NCBI GenBank assembly: GCA_965116815.1
Contig: OZ220722.1
Location: 149,962 to 213,961 of the forward strand
Direction of reading: 5' to 3'
From: Candidatus Poribacteria bacterium
GTDB lineage: Bacteria; Poribacteria; WGA-4E; WGA-3G
Length of the DNA stretch: 64,000 nucleotides
Shown here: positions 19,653-29,862 of the stretch, in pieces
Layout of the letters: each line of letters begins with the position of its first letter
How positions within the stretch are numbered: the stretch's first letter is position 1
Position numbers and translations under genes: made by a program
Notes under the pieces: generated by a model
What the model saw: the letters and a program-made list of their open reading frames with translations, nothing else
What the model was told of the DNA's origin: nothing
Database searches by the model: none

Positions 19653-20627
19653 TTAATCTGTGTGTTGTGTTTTCAGTTTTCCCCAAGTCGTCACGAAAGA
19701 TTCAGCAGGTTCAACAGGATAGGCATCATTCATCCATTCAAACACCCACTCTGTTCCTTTAATTCCCAGCAAAATTGGTTTAGGTTCACCACCTGTTGCA
19801 GGAATTATGAAGTTGCCGATCGCTTGGAATTGCTCAATGTTTTGGACATCCAATTTCGTATAGGAAACATAGGCGATGTATTGCCCATCCGGGGACCAGA
19901 CGGGATTTCTATAGAGGTAGTCTTTTCTAACACGTAGCACGTTGACATCTGCATTAGGGCGTGGGGTGGTAACAGCCAACCCTGTTGTCCACAGTTGACC
20001 TTTTCGGACAACTGATGCACTAAAGACAATCTGCTTGCCATTCGGTGAAAAAGCAGGGTCGTCTGCTTTCTCTGCGATTTGAAAAACTTCTTTGGTAACA
20101 ATGTCAAAAAGATATAAATTGTTACGATGAGAAAAAACAATTTGTTGTCCATTGGGTGCCCACTCAACAGCATCAGCCCATTCCCAATCCAAGAGTTTTT
20201 CTACTGCCGGTTCACGTTTTACCAACTCTCGACTCTTTATTAGATACAATCCACCCTCATATCCGAAAGCGACATCCCCGTTTTTTGAAATATCAGCGTA
20301 TTCTATCCAATCAAATCTGCCTTTTGTTAAGTTCTTTTGAGAGGTTTTCGGGTTGCGTAGATCGAAAAGATAAATATCCCACTGCGACCAGGGTTCCTCG
20401 GCAACGGCAAGGATGTAATCACCGCCTTTTTGTATCGAAAGGCAATGAACTTGTTCAAAGGTTTGTGGGAAGAGTTGACGGGCGTTGGTGCCATCCACAT
20501 TAGAAATCCAGATTTCGCCCCAATCCAATGGATGCACAAAGATAATCTCGCCGCTCGGCACAGCATCCGCAGGGTTTGAAAAAAAGATGAACAAGAAACA
20601 TAAACAGCACACGCTATACCTATTCAT
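19653..20627 (-). CDS. Secreted PD40/TolB-like beta-propeller protein ending in the TWGxLK tag
   Basis: Signal peptide. PD40-like repeats (DPAFSPNGKQIVFS, NPVWSPDGQYIAYVS). C-terminus VEPAESFVTTWGKLKTQHTD. Confidence 0.7.
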   Translation of the reverse strand: MNRYSVCCLCFLFIFFSNPADAVPSGEIIFVHPLDWGEIWISNVDGTNARQLFPQTFEQVHCLSIQKGGDYILAVAEEPWSQWDIYLFDLRNPKTSQKNLTKGRFDWIEYADISKNGDVAFGYEGGLYLIKSRELVKREPAVEKLLDWEWADAVEWAPNGQQIVFSHRNNLYLFDIVTKEVFQIAEKADDPAFSPNGKQIVFSASVVRKGQLWTTGLAVTTPRPNADVNVLRVRKDYLYRNPVWSPDGQYIAYVSYTKLDVQNIEQFQAIGNFIIPATGGEPKPILLGIKGTEWVFEWMNDAYPVEPAESFVTTWGKLKTQHTD

Positions 20628-21639
20628 ATTTGACTCCAGTCAAGCCATTCGCCTTCAGTTCCCCCCATGTCGTTGTAAGCAAATTGGTAAGGGGATATTT
20701 TTTACGCGTCCATTCAAACGTACGTAATCCACCCTCAAACGCTCGAAAAATTGGTATATGTTGTTTGCCACCGTTGACTCGAACTGCGAAACAGGATAAT
20801 TGATCCTGCGAATCGTATAGTGCGTAAGCGATGTATCTCCCATCGGCTGACCATGTGATATATTGCGGAAAACTACCTTTTTCAATCTTCAATTGCTTTA
20901 CGTCAGCAGGGGCATCAAGGGCAACAATACCAATTCCATAAGTTCGTTTCAGTTGATTTTGCGAGAATGTCCTGGTAAAAAAAGCAAGGTGCTTTCCATC
21001 TGGTGAGAAAACTGGACGGAAACCATCTTCGCCTACTACCAGCGATGTCTGTCTGGTAAAAATATTGAGCAGAAATATTCCATCGAGATTGGAAAAAACG
21101 ATGTCTTCTCCATTAGGAGACCAGTCTACATAACCCGCGGGTCCGTTAAATAATTTCTCTGCCTTTGGAATAGGCGTGTGTACCTCGTGGCTCGGGATGA
21201 GATAAATTCCATCTGGATGTGCCTGATTAATTATGTTTGAGAAAACAACATCCCCGTTGCGTGAAATGGCTGCATCGGAAATTTCACTGAATCGTCCCAA
21301 GGTTAAATCCTTCCGACCAGCACGCGGATTCTGAGTATCCAAAAGGTACGCATCAACTCCGATTTCCTCCTCCCCAATTCTTTTGTTTTCCATTCCCTCA
21401 GCAACAACAAGGATGTACCGGTCACCTTCCTGTACTGAGAGTTCCATTGTAAATAGTGGCAGTTTGAAAAGCCCACGTGCATTGCGCCCATCCACGCTGC
21501 TCATCCATATCTCAAAGGGTTCGGTCGAGTGCGAGAATATGATTTTCCCAGACGGTGCAGCATGTATAGTGAAAGGAAAAAGTAGGAGAATGAGGCACAA
21601 ACTAAAAAACTTCGCTCGATTCCTAAACAATATTTTCAT
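20620..21639 (-). CDS. Secreted PD40/TolB-like beta-propeller protein (tandem paralogue) ending in the TWGxLK tag
   Basis: Start at MKILFRNRAKFFSLCLILLLFPFTIHA. Repeats VDWSPNGEDIVFS, PVFSPDGKHLAFF, ITWSADGRYIAYA. C-terminus LLTTTWGELKANGLTGVKYE. Confidence 0.7.
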   Translation of the reverse strand: MKILFRNRAKFFSLCLILLLFPFTIHAAPSGKIIFSHSTEPFEIWMSSVDGRNARGLFKLPLFTMELSVQEGDRYILVVAEGMENKRIGEEEIGVDAYLLDTQNPRAGRKDLTLGRFSEISDAAISRNGDVVFSNIINQAHPDGIYLIPSHEVHTPIPKAEKLFNGPAGYVDWSPNGEDIVFSNLDGIFLLNIFTRQTSLVVGEDGFRPVFSPDGKHLAFFTRTFSQNQLKRTYGIGIVALDAPADVKQLKIEKGSFPQYITWSADGRYIAYALYDSQDQLSCFAVRVNGGKQHIPIFRAFEGGLRTFEWTRKKYPLTNLLTTTWGELKANGLTGVKYE

Positions 21640-21748
21640 CAATCTGTTCCTCGTTTTTGTGGTGGCATCCTTCTCCAATACAGACGATGTAGATACACGA
21701 AGAGACGAAAACACCCATAGGACTGTGGATAGAAACTTATGGTTACTT

Positions 21749-21845
21749 AGGACTTACGCAAAAATGAAAGGTTGGAATTGCACACGCTCCACGCGCCACT
21801 GGCGAGGTTCCAAACCTCGCCAGCAAAGGAAGCTGCGTAAGTCCT
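21749..21845. repeat. Family B nested-hairpin element
   Basis: AGGACTTACGCA ... CTGGCGAGGTTCCAAACCTCGCCAG ... TGCGTAAGTCCT. Second copy of 12492-12581. Confidence 0.75.
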
Positions 21846-21852
21846 GTTACTG

Positions 21853-24800
21853 TTAATTCCCTTCCAGCTGCGCCTGTCCATCGGAATTCGCTGAACCAAG
21901 CCAGAGTTTAATGGCGGGACTGCTCGCAATACGCCGTTGACCGACGGACGCATTGATGACAACAGTATATGGAACGGTTTGTTGTGTGCCGACGAAGGGA
22001 TTACGTCGCAACTGATTGGTGCCCCTGCCGCTCGTAATAATATTTGGCACAAGGGTCAAAGTGGCTTCGGTCTTATTCCTTTGGAGTAAGGTGTTCTGTC
22101 GCTGGAGCCGCACCCCGAAAGGTAAGCCAACAGCAGTCAGATTCAGATTTTGCCTATTACCGCTTTGTCTCGCAACTTTGACGGCGATGTCAATCCGGGA
22201 ATCTGGAGTTACCACAACCTCCTTCAGTCCCGTTGACAGTATAATAGGTGCAGCTTCCCTAATGCTGGCCACAACGTTCTTGCGCTGAACAGTCTGATCG
22301 TTGTTCTGAATACGATAGATCTCAACGGGTGTGGCGGCGCGATGGAATTCATCACCAGTGGCAGTGGTAACAGAACCTACAACTTGAACCACAGAATTCG
22401 CTAAATCGGCATCGGGAGCAGCCGTGAGGGTTACGTACCCCTGTGTAATACCAGTACTGGAGAGAATTGCACTTTCACTGGCAGTGATGTCGGGTGGTAA
22501 GTTCTCAACGGACAAGAGTATCGGCTCTGTAAATCCGACACGACGCTGCAGCGTCACCTCCAATAGGACAGTTCCACCGCGTCCGATATTCGGATTATCC
22601 GGTGTCACAGAGATAGCGAAATCCGGGGTCGTCGGACGGGCATCTAAGTGGTAAACGTACCCTGCGCCTCCGTTGCCTGTGATGTCCTCAATGCGGACAG
22701 CATATACGCCGGGTTCATCGAAACTGTAATCAATGATAGCATTGCGTCTTCCACCAATACCAGCATTATTTGCCAATACCTCACCACTTGCATTGAGCAG
22801 GGTAAGCGATGGACTCAGCGGTGAATTGAGGCGTTCCGCGGAGACAGTCAAAGAGTAGCCCCCTATATCTGCAAAAAATCCCCAGGGTCCGTATCCATTC
22901 GTAACCTTCACCAGAATCTTGTTTCTGCCCTTAGAGATCGGCAGCTGGATCACATCATCTGCACGGCGTAACGGGCGATGGACGTATTTACTAAAGACGA
23001 GTCGGTCATTCACCCATATCTTGATAGTATCGTCTGAACCGAGGGATAAGAGATAGTTCTGGTCCCGATCAGCGTCGAGATAGGTTAAGGCATAGCCTGT
23101 AACATCGTCTTCAGGAACATTTGAAAAAACGTTTTCACCTCTACTCTCGGTTTTATACCATCCAATCTTTCGTCCATCTTTGCCGATGTATTCCTTGTTA
23201 AAATCTATCTCAGTTTCAGGAGGATAAACGGTATCAAATCCGGTCTCATCAATGTTATCAAACGGGAAGATCACCCACCACGGACCGAGGCTTGTCCCTT
23301 CTGAAATGGTAAAGCGGTAGTAGTCCGCTTCACCGGGTTCTGAAATGCGTCCACTGATTGCGCCGGGTGTTGTGATGTGTTGTGCGTGTTCAAGCTGGCG
23401 GGCAATGAGTTCACCTAAACGTTGCGCCTCTTGCGCAACAAAAGCGATGATCCGCTCACGTTCGGTCGTTGTAATGTCTGCGTTCTCTTTATTCGACATG
23501 CGTATAATCGTGCTTTCCCACTCCTCGGCAGAGAGCGCGCGATTGCTCGGTGAACGGAGTTCATGGCACGCTGTACATTTCGCTTGAAAAAGGATTTCAG
23601 ACTCAGCAAACTGAGGGGCGATCTCTTTTGCAACCGTTTCATTCTCGGTGGATTGAGCCACGACATTTTCTTCGATAACTTCTGGGTGGTCGTTAACAAT
23701 GAAGGGAAAAATGCCGTAAGGCGTACGGATCTGCTTGAGTCCAGGTTGCTCAGCACCCGTTAATTCGACCTGCCACTCGGTTTCAGGAAGATTTTCACCG
23801 CCAATAACACACTCAACAATATTGACTTCGGTAGGTGTGGACGGTCCATAAAAGCGTTTCGTCTCCGCTTCCAGCACAGGGAGCGTTCCGCCAGCAGGGA
23901 AAAGGTAGGTATTGTAAGGGAGAACGCCACCCGTTAATCGGTAAACCGAATCCGGATTGCCGCGATGTAACAAATCTCGGATGCGCAGTACGTATGGACC
24001 GTTGGCAGGAAGTGTAATATCAAGAAGCGGATCCAGACTGTAGAAGCCGTTACTCCGTGCCAACTCAACGCCTCTCTCATCGAAAAGAGACAAGGTCGGA
24101 TTGAAGAATTGTTGACTAATGTTGTTGAGACGATACGCTTTGACGCTGAACACGCACCGCTCTCCCTCGACTCCCTCAAAAACGTAATAATCTTCGTCTC
24201 CGCCCGGATTAATGAGTCCATTGATGAGGGTCGGCAATTCAATAGTGGTAGCGGATTCCGGGGTGTTATTCGACTCCGTTTCAAGAATGTCAGGCGTATC
24301 GCTAACCTCAAAGGGCCATGCGGTGGAGGTCCCGTGCTTACCGACGACCCGAACTTCACGCAGTCCGATGGGCGCATCCGGTGCGATAGACAACTCCGCG
24401 GTTAAACCCCCACTGGCTCTCGCTGCCGATGTGAGATAGGCGATAATTTGGGGTTCCGCTTCCGCACTGATCTCCGCGCCTTTTTCCGTAATCATCCGCT
24501 GAACAGTCGCCTTCCACTGCGCCGGAGTCATCGATCGATTGTTTGGAGAACGCAGCTCGTGACACTGTCCACAATTTGCCTCAAAAACAGGCTTGTGCGT
24601 CTCATCAACCTCACCGCCACTCGGGTGAAGTTGGGCAGTAATACCGGTTTCGCCCCCAATAATGAGGGTATGTGCCCCTTCTAAATCGGAGCCTTGAATG
24701 GCAACCTCTACAGTCGTGCCGGGTTGTCCTCCCGCCGGAAACAGCGAATTGAGCCGTGGGATCCCTTGAGCAAACGTAAGGACATTAATTAAAGAAGAAA

Positions 24801-24879
24801 GGAACAGAGCGAAAAGCATTTGGGTTATGCTTGCAAGACGATAGCGTCTCACCAAAATGAACATCGTATTGGTACGCAT
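21853..24879 (-). CDS. Large secreted protein with two c-type haem-binding motifs and pre-peptidase-C-terminal-like domains
   Basis: Signal peptide. CGQCHELRSP and CTACHELRSP (CxxCH x2). PPC-like GDEDYYVF and GEADYYRF segments. Jelly-roll-like region. Confidence 0.65.
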   Translation of the reverse strand: MRTNTMFILVRRYRLASITQMLFALFLSSLINVLTFAQGIPRLNSLFPAGGQPGTTVEVAIQGSDLEGAHTLIIGGETGITAQLHPSGGEVDETHKPVFEANCGQCHELRSPNNRSMTPAQWKATVQRMITEKGAEISAEAEPQIIAYLTSAARASGGLTAELSIAPDAPIGLREVRVVGKHGTSTAWPFEVSDTPDILETESNNTPESATTIELPTLINGLINPGGDEDYYVFEGVEGERCVFSVKAYRLNNISQQFFNPTLSLFDERGVELARSNGFYSLDPLLDITLPANGPYVLRIRDLLHRGNPDSVYRLTGGVLPYNTYLFPAGGTLPVLEAETKRFYGPSTPTEVNIVECVIGGENLPETEWQVELTGAEQPGLKQIRTPYGIFPFIVNDHPEVIEENVVAQSTENETVAKEIAPQFAESEILFQAKCTACHELRSPSNRALSAEEWESTIIRMSNKENADITTTERERIIAFVAQEAQRLGELIARQLEHAQHITTPGAISGRISEPGEADYYRFTISEGTSLGPWWVIFPFDNIDETGFDTVYPPETEIDFNKEYIGKDGRKIGWYKTESRGENVFSNVPEDDVTGYALTYLDADRDQNYLLSLGSDDTIKIWVNDRLVFSKYVHRPLRRADDVIQLPISKGRNKILVKVTNGYGPWGFFADIGGYSLTVSAERLNSPLSPSLTLLNASGEVLANNAGIGGRRNAIIDYSFDEPGVYAVRIEDITGNGGAGYVYHLDARPTTPDFAISVTPDNPNIGRGGTVLLEVTLQRRVGFTEPILLSVENLPPDITASESAILSSTGITQGYVTLTAAPDADLANSVVQVVGSVTTATGDEFHRAATPVEIYRIQNNDQTVQRKNVVASIREAAPIILSTGLKEVVVTPDSRIDIAVKVARQSGNRQNLNLTAVGLPFGVRLQRQNTLLQRNKTEATLTLVPNIITSGRGTNQLRRNPFVGTQQTVPYTVVINASVGQRRIASSPAIKLWLGSANSDGQAQLEGN

Positions 24880-24900
24880 CGTGAAAGGTCCTCCAAAAAA

Positions 24901-25989
24901 CTATTCCTCAGAATCCGTGAGTTCGTGAGTTAAGGCACGTGTACGGAGATTCCAAAGTCGGACTCTGCCATCACGACCACCCGCCGCAACAAACTCGCCA
25001 TTCGGACTGATCCGCACGGCGTAAACGGCATCCGTCGGTTCATCAAAAGTTACATAACGGTTGCCGGACCGAAGATTCCAGATAATCACGGAAGCATCCG
25101 CACTACCGGAGGCGATCATCGCCACTCGATTATTCGCCTGCCGAGGTGATACAAGCCCAGAATCCACACTGTAGACAGGACCCTGATGTCCGTTGTATTC
25201 ACGAACCAAAGCCCCTGTCATTTCCAATGAGTCTCGTCCCACAGCAATTTCATCGTCATCTTCGACTGGCACAACACGCCACGTCCGAACAGTATTATCG
25301 GCGGAACCAGAGACTATTACACCTTCTCTGGCTGAATACGCGAGACTATACACCGCGTCATCGTTGGCATCGAAGTTCACTAAAACGGTAAAGGTTTCCG
25401 GATTCCAGACCTTTATCGTTTTATCTTCACTACCAGTGACGAAGTAGTTGCCTGCTGGATGATACAAGGTGCAGAGGACTCTACCAACATGTTGGGTGAG
25501 CCATTTAGAAACCTGATCGTCTATGGAAAAGTCGCTACTTTCCAGTGGTGTTAAGTCGATAACAGCACTATACTCATCCATGCTGGCAGTGAGTAAAGTT
25601 GTGTCACTTGGGCTGAGCGAGATGGATTCAATGGTATCACCGTGAATCTCAAAACTGTTTATCAGTTCTTCAGAGATGACATTCCAAACGCGTATCTCAC
25701 CGCTTTGGGAAGCCAAACCGCTGCTCGTATAGAGGGTTTTACCATCTGAGGAAAACGCGAGACTCCTCACCTCACCGACATGCGGTTCATAGGTGTAAAT
25801 GACGCGTCGCGTCTCCAGATCCCAGAGTTCAACCCACTGATATTTTCCAACAGCGAGGGTCTTGCCATCCGGGCTAAATTCAAGTGACCAGATTGGAGAT
25901 AACGGTCCTGCCGCAAAACAGAGAGGGGTCGCGAAGATAGCGTAGGACACTGCTATTAGTTTTGCGATGTTACGAAGTCTTCCACCCAT
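24901..25989 (-). CDS. Secreted WD40-repeat beta-propeller protein
   Basis: Signal peptide. Repeated ...SPDGKTLA..., GEIRVWN, DKTIKVWN, DNTVRTWR, ASVIIWN, GRVRLWN WD-type blades. Confidence 0.75.
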   Translation of the reverse strand: MGGRLRNIAKLIAVSYAIFATPLCFAAGPLSPIWSLEFSPDGKTLAVGKYQWVELWDLETRRVIYTYEPHVGEVRSLAFSSDGKTLYTSSGLASQSGEIRVWNVISEELINSFEIHGDTIESISLSPSDTTLLTASMDEYSAVIDLTPLESSDFSIDDQVSKWLTQHVGRVLCTLYHPAGNYFVTGSEDKTIKVWNPETFTVLVNFDANDDAVYSLAYSAREGVIVSGSADNTVRTWRVVPVEDDDEIAVGRDSLEMTGALVREYNGHQGPVYSVDSGLVSPRQANNRVAMIASGSADASVIIWNLRSGNRYVTFDEPTDAVYAVRISPNGEFVAAGGRDGRVRLWNLRTRALTHELTDSEE

Positions 25990-26004
25990 ACTTAGACCTC
26001 GGAA

Positions 26005-26158
26005 ATGGCTATCAGCAGTCGGAAGCCATCAGCTGTCAGTGGTACTTGGATAGTTTAGGTGCTCCAAGATCGAACGGAGGAGTCCTCCCGGATATCAAAA
26101 AGCGATACGGGCTTCCAATCCCTATTTGCTGAAAACTGACTGCTGATGGCTGACCGCT
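26005..26158. repeat. Family A-variant palindromic element (GGCTATCAGC type)
   Basis: Left arm ATGGCTATCAGCAGTCGGAAGCCATCAGCTGTCAGTGG, right arm GCTGAAAACTGACTGCTGATGGCTGACCGC. Fills the whole gap between two genes. Confidence 0.6.
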
Positions 26159-26160
26159 AA

Positions 26161-27477
26161 TTACGCAAGAACACCGCGAACAGGTCTACCACCTCGTGAG
26201 AGGACAATGCGGACACCATCCGGGGATTCCAGATGCTCATTATAATCAATACCGAGGGATTGATAGAGTGTTGCCGACAAGTCTTCGGGACGCACGGGCG
26301 TTTCTGCAGGCTCAATACCAAGTGGATCCGAAGCACCGATGACCTGTCCACCTTGAACACCACCACCTGCTAACATAATCGAAAAGACACGGGAGTGGTG
26401 GTCGCGTCCAGCATTGCGGTTAATGACAGGGGTCCTGCCAAATTCACCCATTGCAACGACAAGCGTTGTCTCCAACAATCCACGGTCGCTCAGGTCTCCG
26501 ATTAAGGTAGCCATCGTCCGGTCAAAGCCGTTGAGCTTACCCGGCAATGATGAAAAGATGTTGTTGTGGTTATCCCAGCCACCGTTACTGACAGTGACGA
26601 AGTTAACGCCTGCCTCAACGAGCCTTCTGGCGAGAAGACAACTCTGTCCGAAAGTGTTGCGTTGATACGCATCGCGCGTTTTGTCTGACTCGTTGCTGAG
26701 GTCAAACGCAGCACGGGCATCGGTAGAACTCATTAGATTGTAAGCGGAGGTATAGAACTTATCAACCGCTTCAGCGGCTGGATTGCCTGTCTCATACTTC
26801 TTGAAGGCGGCATCAACAGCCTCACGCAATGAACGCCGCCGTTCGACGCGTTCATAAGAAACCCCTTTAGGTGGCTCTAAATCGCGCACTTTAAAGTTCT
26901 TACTCGCCGGGTTTCCACCGGGTGAGAAAGGGGCAAGCGACGCACCTAAGAAGCCTCCACCACCATAAGCAACCGGCGCAGGCACAGCGATATAGGGTGG
27001 CAAGGCACTTCGCTGCTCTTTGAGTTTGGAGACAACAGCACCGTATCCTGGGACAGCAAAACCGGGTAAAGGTTGATAACCTGTCATCATATAGTGTGTT
27101 CCGCGCTCATGCGCTGCCTCTGGAGATGTCATCGAACGGATGATGCAGAGTTTATCGGTCTGCTGTGCAAGTCGGGGGAGATGCTCGCTGATCTGGATAC
27201 CACTGACGTTTGTCGGTATCGGTTTGAAAAGCCCACGAATCTCTTCAGGCGCATCCGGTTTGAGATCCCACATATCAAGGTGGCTCGGACCGCCACCTAA
27301 CCAAACAAGAATAACAGAGGTAGCAGTTTCTTTCATCCGAGATGTAGTTCCAGCTTGCGCTTTAAGTCGGAATAGATCTGTGAGACTGAGACCAAATAAG
27401 CCGAGGGCACCAGCCTTGAGAAAATCTCGGCGGTAAAACCCTTCGCAATCCGTGTGTATGCTTCTGTTTTCTGCCAT
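26161..27477 (-). CDS. DUF1501 family (sulfatase-like) protein with twin-arginine signal
   Basis: AAGGAG 7 nt upstream of ATG 27477. FYRRDFLKAGALGLFGLS Tat motif. ...WDLKPDAP..., GGWDNHNN, EFGRTP and GRDHH motifs typical of DUF1501. Confidence 0.75.
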   Translation of the reverse strand: MAENRSIHTDCEGFYRRDFLKAGALGLFGLSLTDLFRLKAQAGTTSRMKETATSVILVWLGGGPSHLDMWDLKPDAPEEIRGLFKPIPTNVSGIQISEHLPRLAQQTDKLCIIRSMTSPEAAHERGTHYMMTGYQPLPGFAVPGYGAVVSKLKEQRSALPPYIAVPAPVAYGGGGFLGASLAPFSPGGNPASKNFKVRDLEPPKGVSYERVERRRSLREAVDAAFKKYETGNPAAEAVDKFYTSAYNLMSSTDARAAFDLSNESDKTRDAYQRNTFGQSCLLARRLVEAGVNFVTVSNGGWDNHNNIFSSLPGKLNGFDRTMATLIGDLSDRGLLETTLVVAMGEFGRTPVINRNAGRDHHSRVFSIMLAGGGVQGGQVIGASDPLGIEPAETPVRPEDLSATLYQSLGIDYNEHLESPDGVRIVLSRGGRPVRGVLA

Positions 27478-27488
27478 GGTTTTTCTCC

Positions 27489-28931
27489 TTAAGTTCGCGA
27501 GGGGCGTTTCCGTAACCTTTTCATCCATCTTTGCGCCTTCGCGATGTTAGTGTCAAAAGGCTCTTTCATCTCAAAATATTCTGTATGTCCTGCATATATT
27601 TGATGCCAATCAACGATGCATGGCATCCTGTTTTGAGTAAGGGTATGCATCAGAAATGCCCGAACTTTGGCACGGGTATCTTGCGGCGCATTGTCAATGG
27701 CATGCTGAATGTGTTCATCCGTAACAACCCGTTGCATCTGTCCTTGCTCCTGAAGTGCGTAATAGAGTCCACTTTCAGTATGGATATTATGATATTCTAA
27801 ATCTTGACTTTTAATCCAAGCATCTTCCCAATCCAGTTCTTCTTCAGCAATGAAAGCTTCAAGCAACCATTTCTTGGCAGCCCAATCAACACGATCAATG
27901 ACGTTTTGCCAATCATCCTCAAGGTCATCAAGGATAGATTCCCATGCCGAGAGAACCCACTCCGTCTCTTCGTCATATTCAGTAATGAACGCTTGAACGA
28001 AGTTCAGATATTCCCGCTGCAAGTCAACAGCAGAGATCGTTTTTCCAGATTTCAGTTCAACGCGCCACATGAAAGTATGATCACGTGAGATGTGCCGAAT
28101 CGCGTACACCGGGTCGGCAAGTTCAAAACCGGGGAGCGGCAATTTTTCCCCATGCATCTCATGAAATATTTCAATAGCAGAGAGTAAGAGTGCTGTAGTC
28201 CCAACCTTCAACGCCGTTGCGTACTCCGACATATTGGAGTCCCCAACGAGGAGATGGAGGCGACGGTATTTCGTGTAATCGCTGAGCGGTTCGTCTCGCG
28301 TATTAATAATCGCCCGACTGAATTGGATCCATTCATAAATTTCGGTAACGATGTGATCCGCACGTTGTGAAATTTGATAGTGCTGTTGCTCACCGAGTTC
28401 ATCCTGAAAATCGCCGAATTCGATCATCTCATCATAGGCACCAACCCTGCCCGCGCCCGCGTAAATCTGACGGGTAACGAAGAACGGCATGAGCGTTGGA
28501 ATAACGACGCGGTAAAAAGGAACATCTCGACTGATTTGGAAGTTTTCGTGACATCCGAAGGTCGCACCCGTAAAATGGTCAATATTGTTTTTGAAGAAAG
28601 CCGTGGGTAACCCTGTATCCGTGAGGATATTGTTGATGATACGTTCAATCGCTTTATCATAAGCGATGAGGTCAAAAAGCGTCGCACATTCGGGTGTAGC
28701 GTACTCAAGATGACCCATATCAATATAGAGACGACCTCCATTGAAGAGGAACCCACCGTTACCGGGCGGTTCACCCCAATCTCGGTAGTGAATGTCACGC
28801 AGACCGAGTTCCAGAACATCAAAGACGTAATCACGAACACGTGCAGCGACACCCTCAGAAGTGCCACGAATCCGTTCGGTATCGGTCATACATCCAAATT
28901 CAGTTTCGATTCCAAAAATTCTTTTGTTCAC
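27489..28931 (-). CDS. pafA: Pup/UBact ligase, PafA-type
   Basis: GIETEFG, NGGRLYIDMGHLEYATPEC, FGCHENF, FFVTRQIYAGAGRVG. Lacks the roughly 40-aa Dop loop present in the paralogue at 32236-33765. Confidence 0.8.
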   Translation of the reverse strand: MNKRIFGIETEFGCMTDTERIRGTSEGVAARVRDYVFDVLELGLRDIHYRDWGEPPGNGGFLFNGGRLYIDMGHLEYATPECATLFDLIAYDKAIERIINNILTDTGLPTAFFKNNIDHFTGATFGCHENFQISRDVPFYRVVIPTLMPFFVTRQIYAGAGRVGAYDEMIEFGDFQDELGEQQHYQISQRADHIVTEIYEWIQFSRAIINTRDEPLSDYTKYRRLHLLVGDSNMSEYATALKVGTTALLLSAIEIFHEMHGEKLPLPGFELADPVYAIRHISRDHTFMWRVELKSGKTISAVDLQREYLNFVQAFITEYDEETEWVLSAWESILDDLEDDWQNVIDRVDWAAKKWLLEAFIAEEELDWEDAWIKSQDLEYHNIHTESGLYYALQEQGQMQRVVTDEHIQHAIDNAPQDTRAKVRAFLMHTLTQNRMPCIVDWHQIYAGHTEYFEMKEPFDTNIAKAQRWMKRLRKRPSRT

Positions 28932-28946
28932 AATTTATGTCCATTA

Positions 28947-29717
28947 TTACGGAAGTGAGGCTTCAATTTCCTCAGAAGTCAACAACCGAAATTTGCTTGT
29001 TCCCCGTTGCGTGGTTTCCAAAACGCCTGCTTCAATCTCGCCATCTTCCTGTGCAGCATTGACAATCTCATGCATCTGCTCAGTATCCATCTGAGTGTCT
29101 TCCAATTCAGCATCTTCTGGTTCCCGCGAACTCAATTCTTTACCGACCGCCCACGTTTCTAAACCCAATTGGAGTGCAGCAGTTAAATCCCTGTCGGTAT
29201 CAGTAGACGCAGTAGCGAGATAGTTTTGCATTCCCTCTTCAATCGCTCCTGTACCACCGATAACAGTGGAGGTCGTGTCTGTCCGAACATTTCCGTCATA
29301 GTTGATACAGGTAAAACGGTTTTTCTCAGAAGTGCCGCCGAGTTCGGCAAGCAACATTTTAATAATATACGCCTCACCGACAATGGACTCAAACGCCTGC
29401 TTGAAGGTGTGCGCCAAGACAAAGTTCGTGAGTCGGTGTAAATTTACATCTTCGGTGGCGTTCTGAAAACCTTGGACGCTGGCGGTATCAGTGACAAGCA
29501 TCCGAAGACGCTCAATATCAGCGGGGTGCCCGATTGCGGAGAGGGCAATCCGATCATGTACCTCAAAAATTTTGCGTTGTCCTCTGCCGATAGTAAGGAG
29601 CACCATGCCTTCATTATAAGTAAGCCCTACAACAGGACTCCCAACCCGCAGTTGGTCTTCAATGTAATCTCGTCTGTCCTGGATCGCTTCTATCCAGCGA
29701 TACGGTTCATCTCGCAT
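28947..29717 (-). CDS. prcA: Proteasome alpha subunit
   Basis: 256-aa ORF. Bacterial PrcA-like N-terminus and core (GSPVVGLTYNEGMVLLT...HDRIALSAIGH). Sits in the proteasome cluster. Confidence 0.75.
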   Translation of the reverse strand: MRDEPYRWIEAIQDRRDYIEDQLRVGSPVVGLTYNEGMVLLTIGRGQRKIFEVHDRIALSAIGHPADIERLRMLVTDTASVQGFQNATEDVNLHRLTNFVLAHTFKQAFESIVGEAYIIKMLLAELGGTSEKNRFTCINYDGNVRTDTTSTVIGGTGAIEEGMQNYLATASTDTDRDLTAALQLGLETWAVGKELSSREPEDAELEDTQMDTEQMHEIVNAAQEDGEIEAGVLETTQRGTSKFRLLTSEEIEASLP

Positions 29718-29743
29718 TTCTTAATTATGTGCCTCGCAAGAGG

Positions 29744-29862
29744 GTTGTCGGTTATCGGTACGGTTTTTCTACGAAAAACCTTTCGGTTATCGGTTAAGAG
29801 GAAGACTTGATGATTTAGGTTTCCGTCTTAACCGACAACTGACAACTGATGACTGACAACCG
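29744..29862. repeat. Family A palindromic element
   Basis: GTTGTCGGTTATCGGTA...TTTCGGTTATCGGTTAAGAGG - loop - GTCTTAACCGACAACTGACAACTGATGACTGACAACCG. Abuts the TAA stop (29863-29865) of the Kelch gene. Confidence 0.7.
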
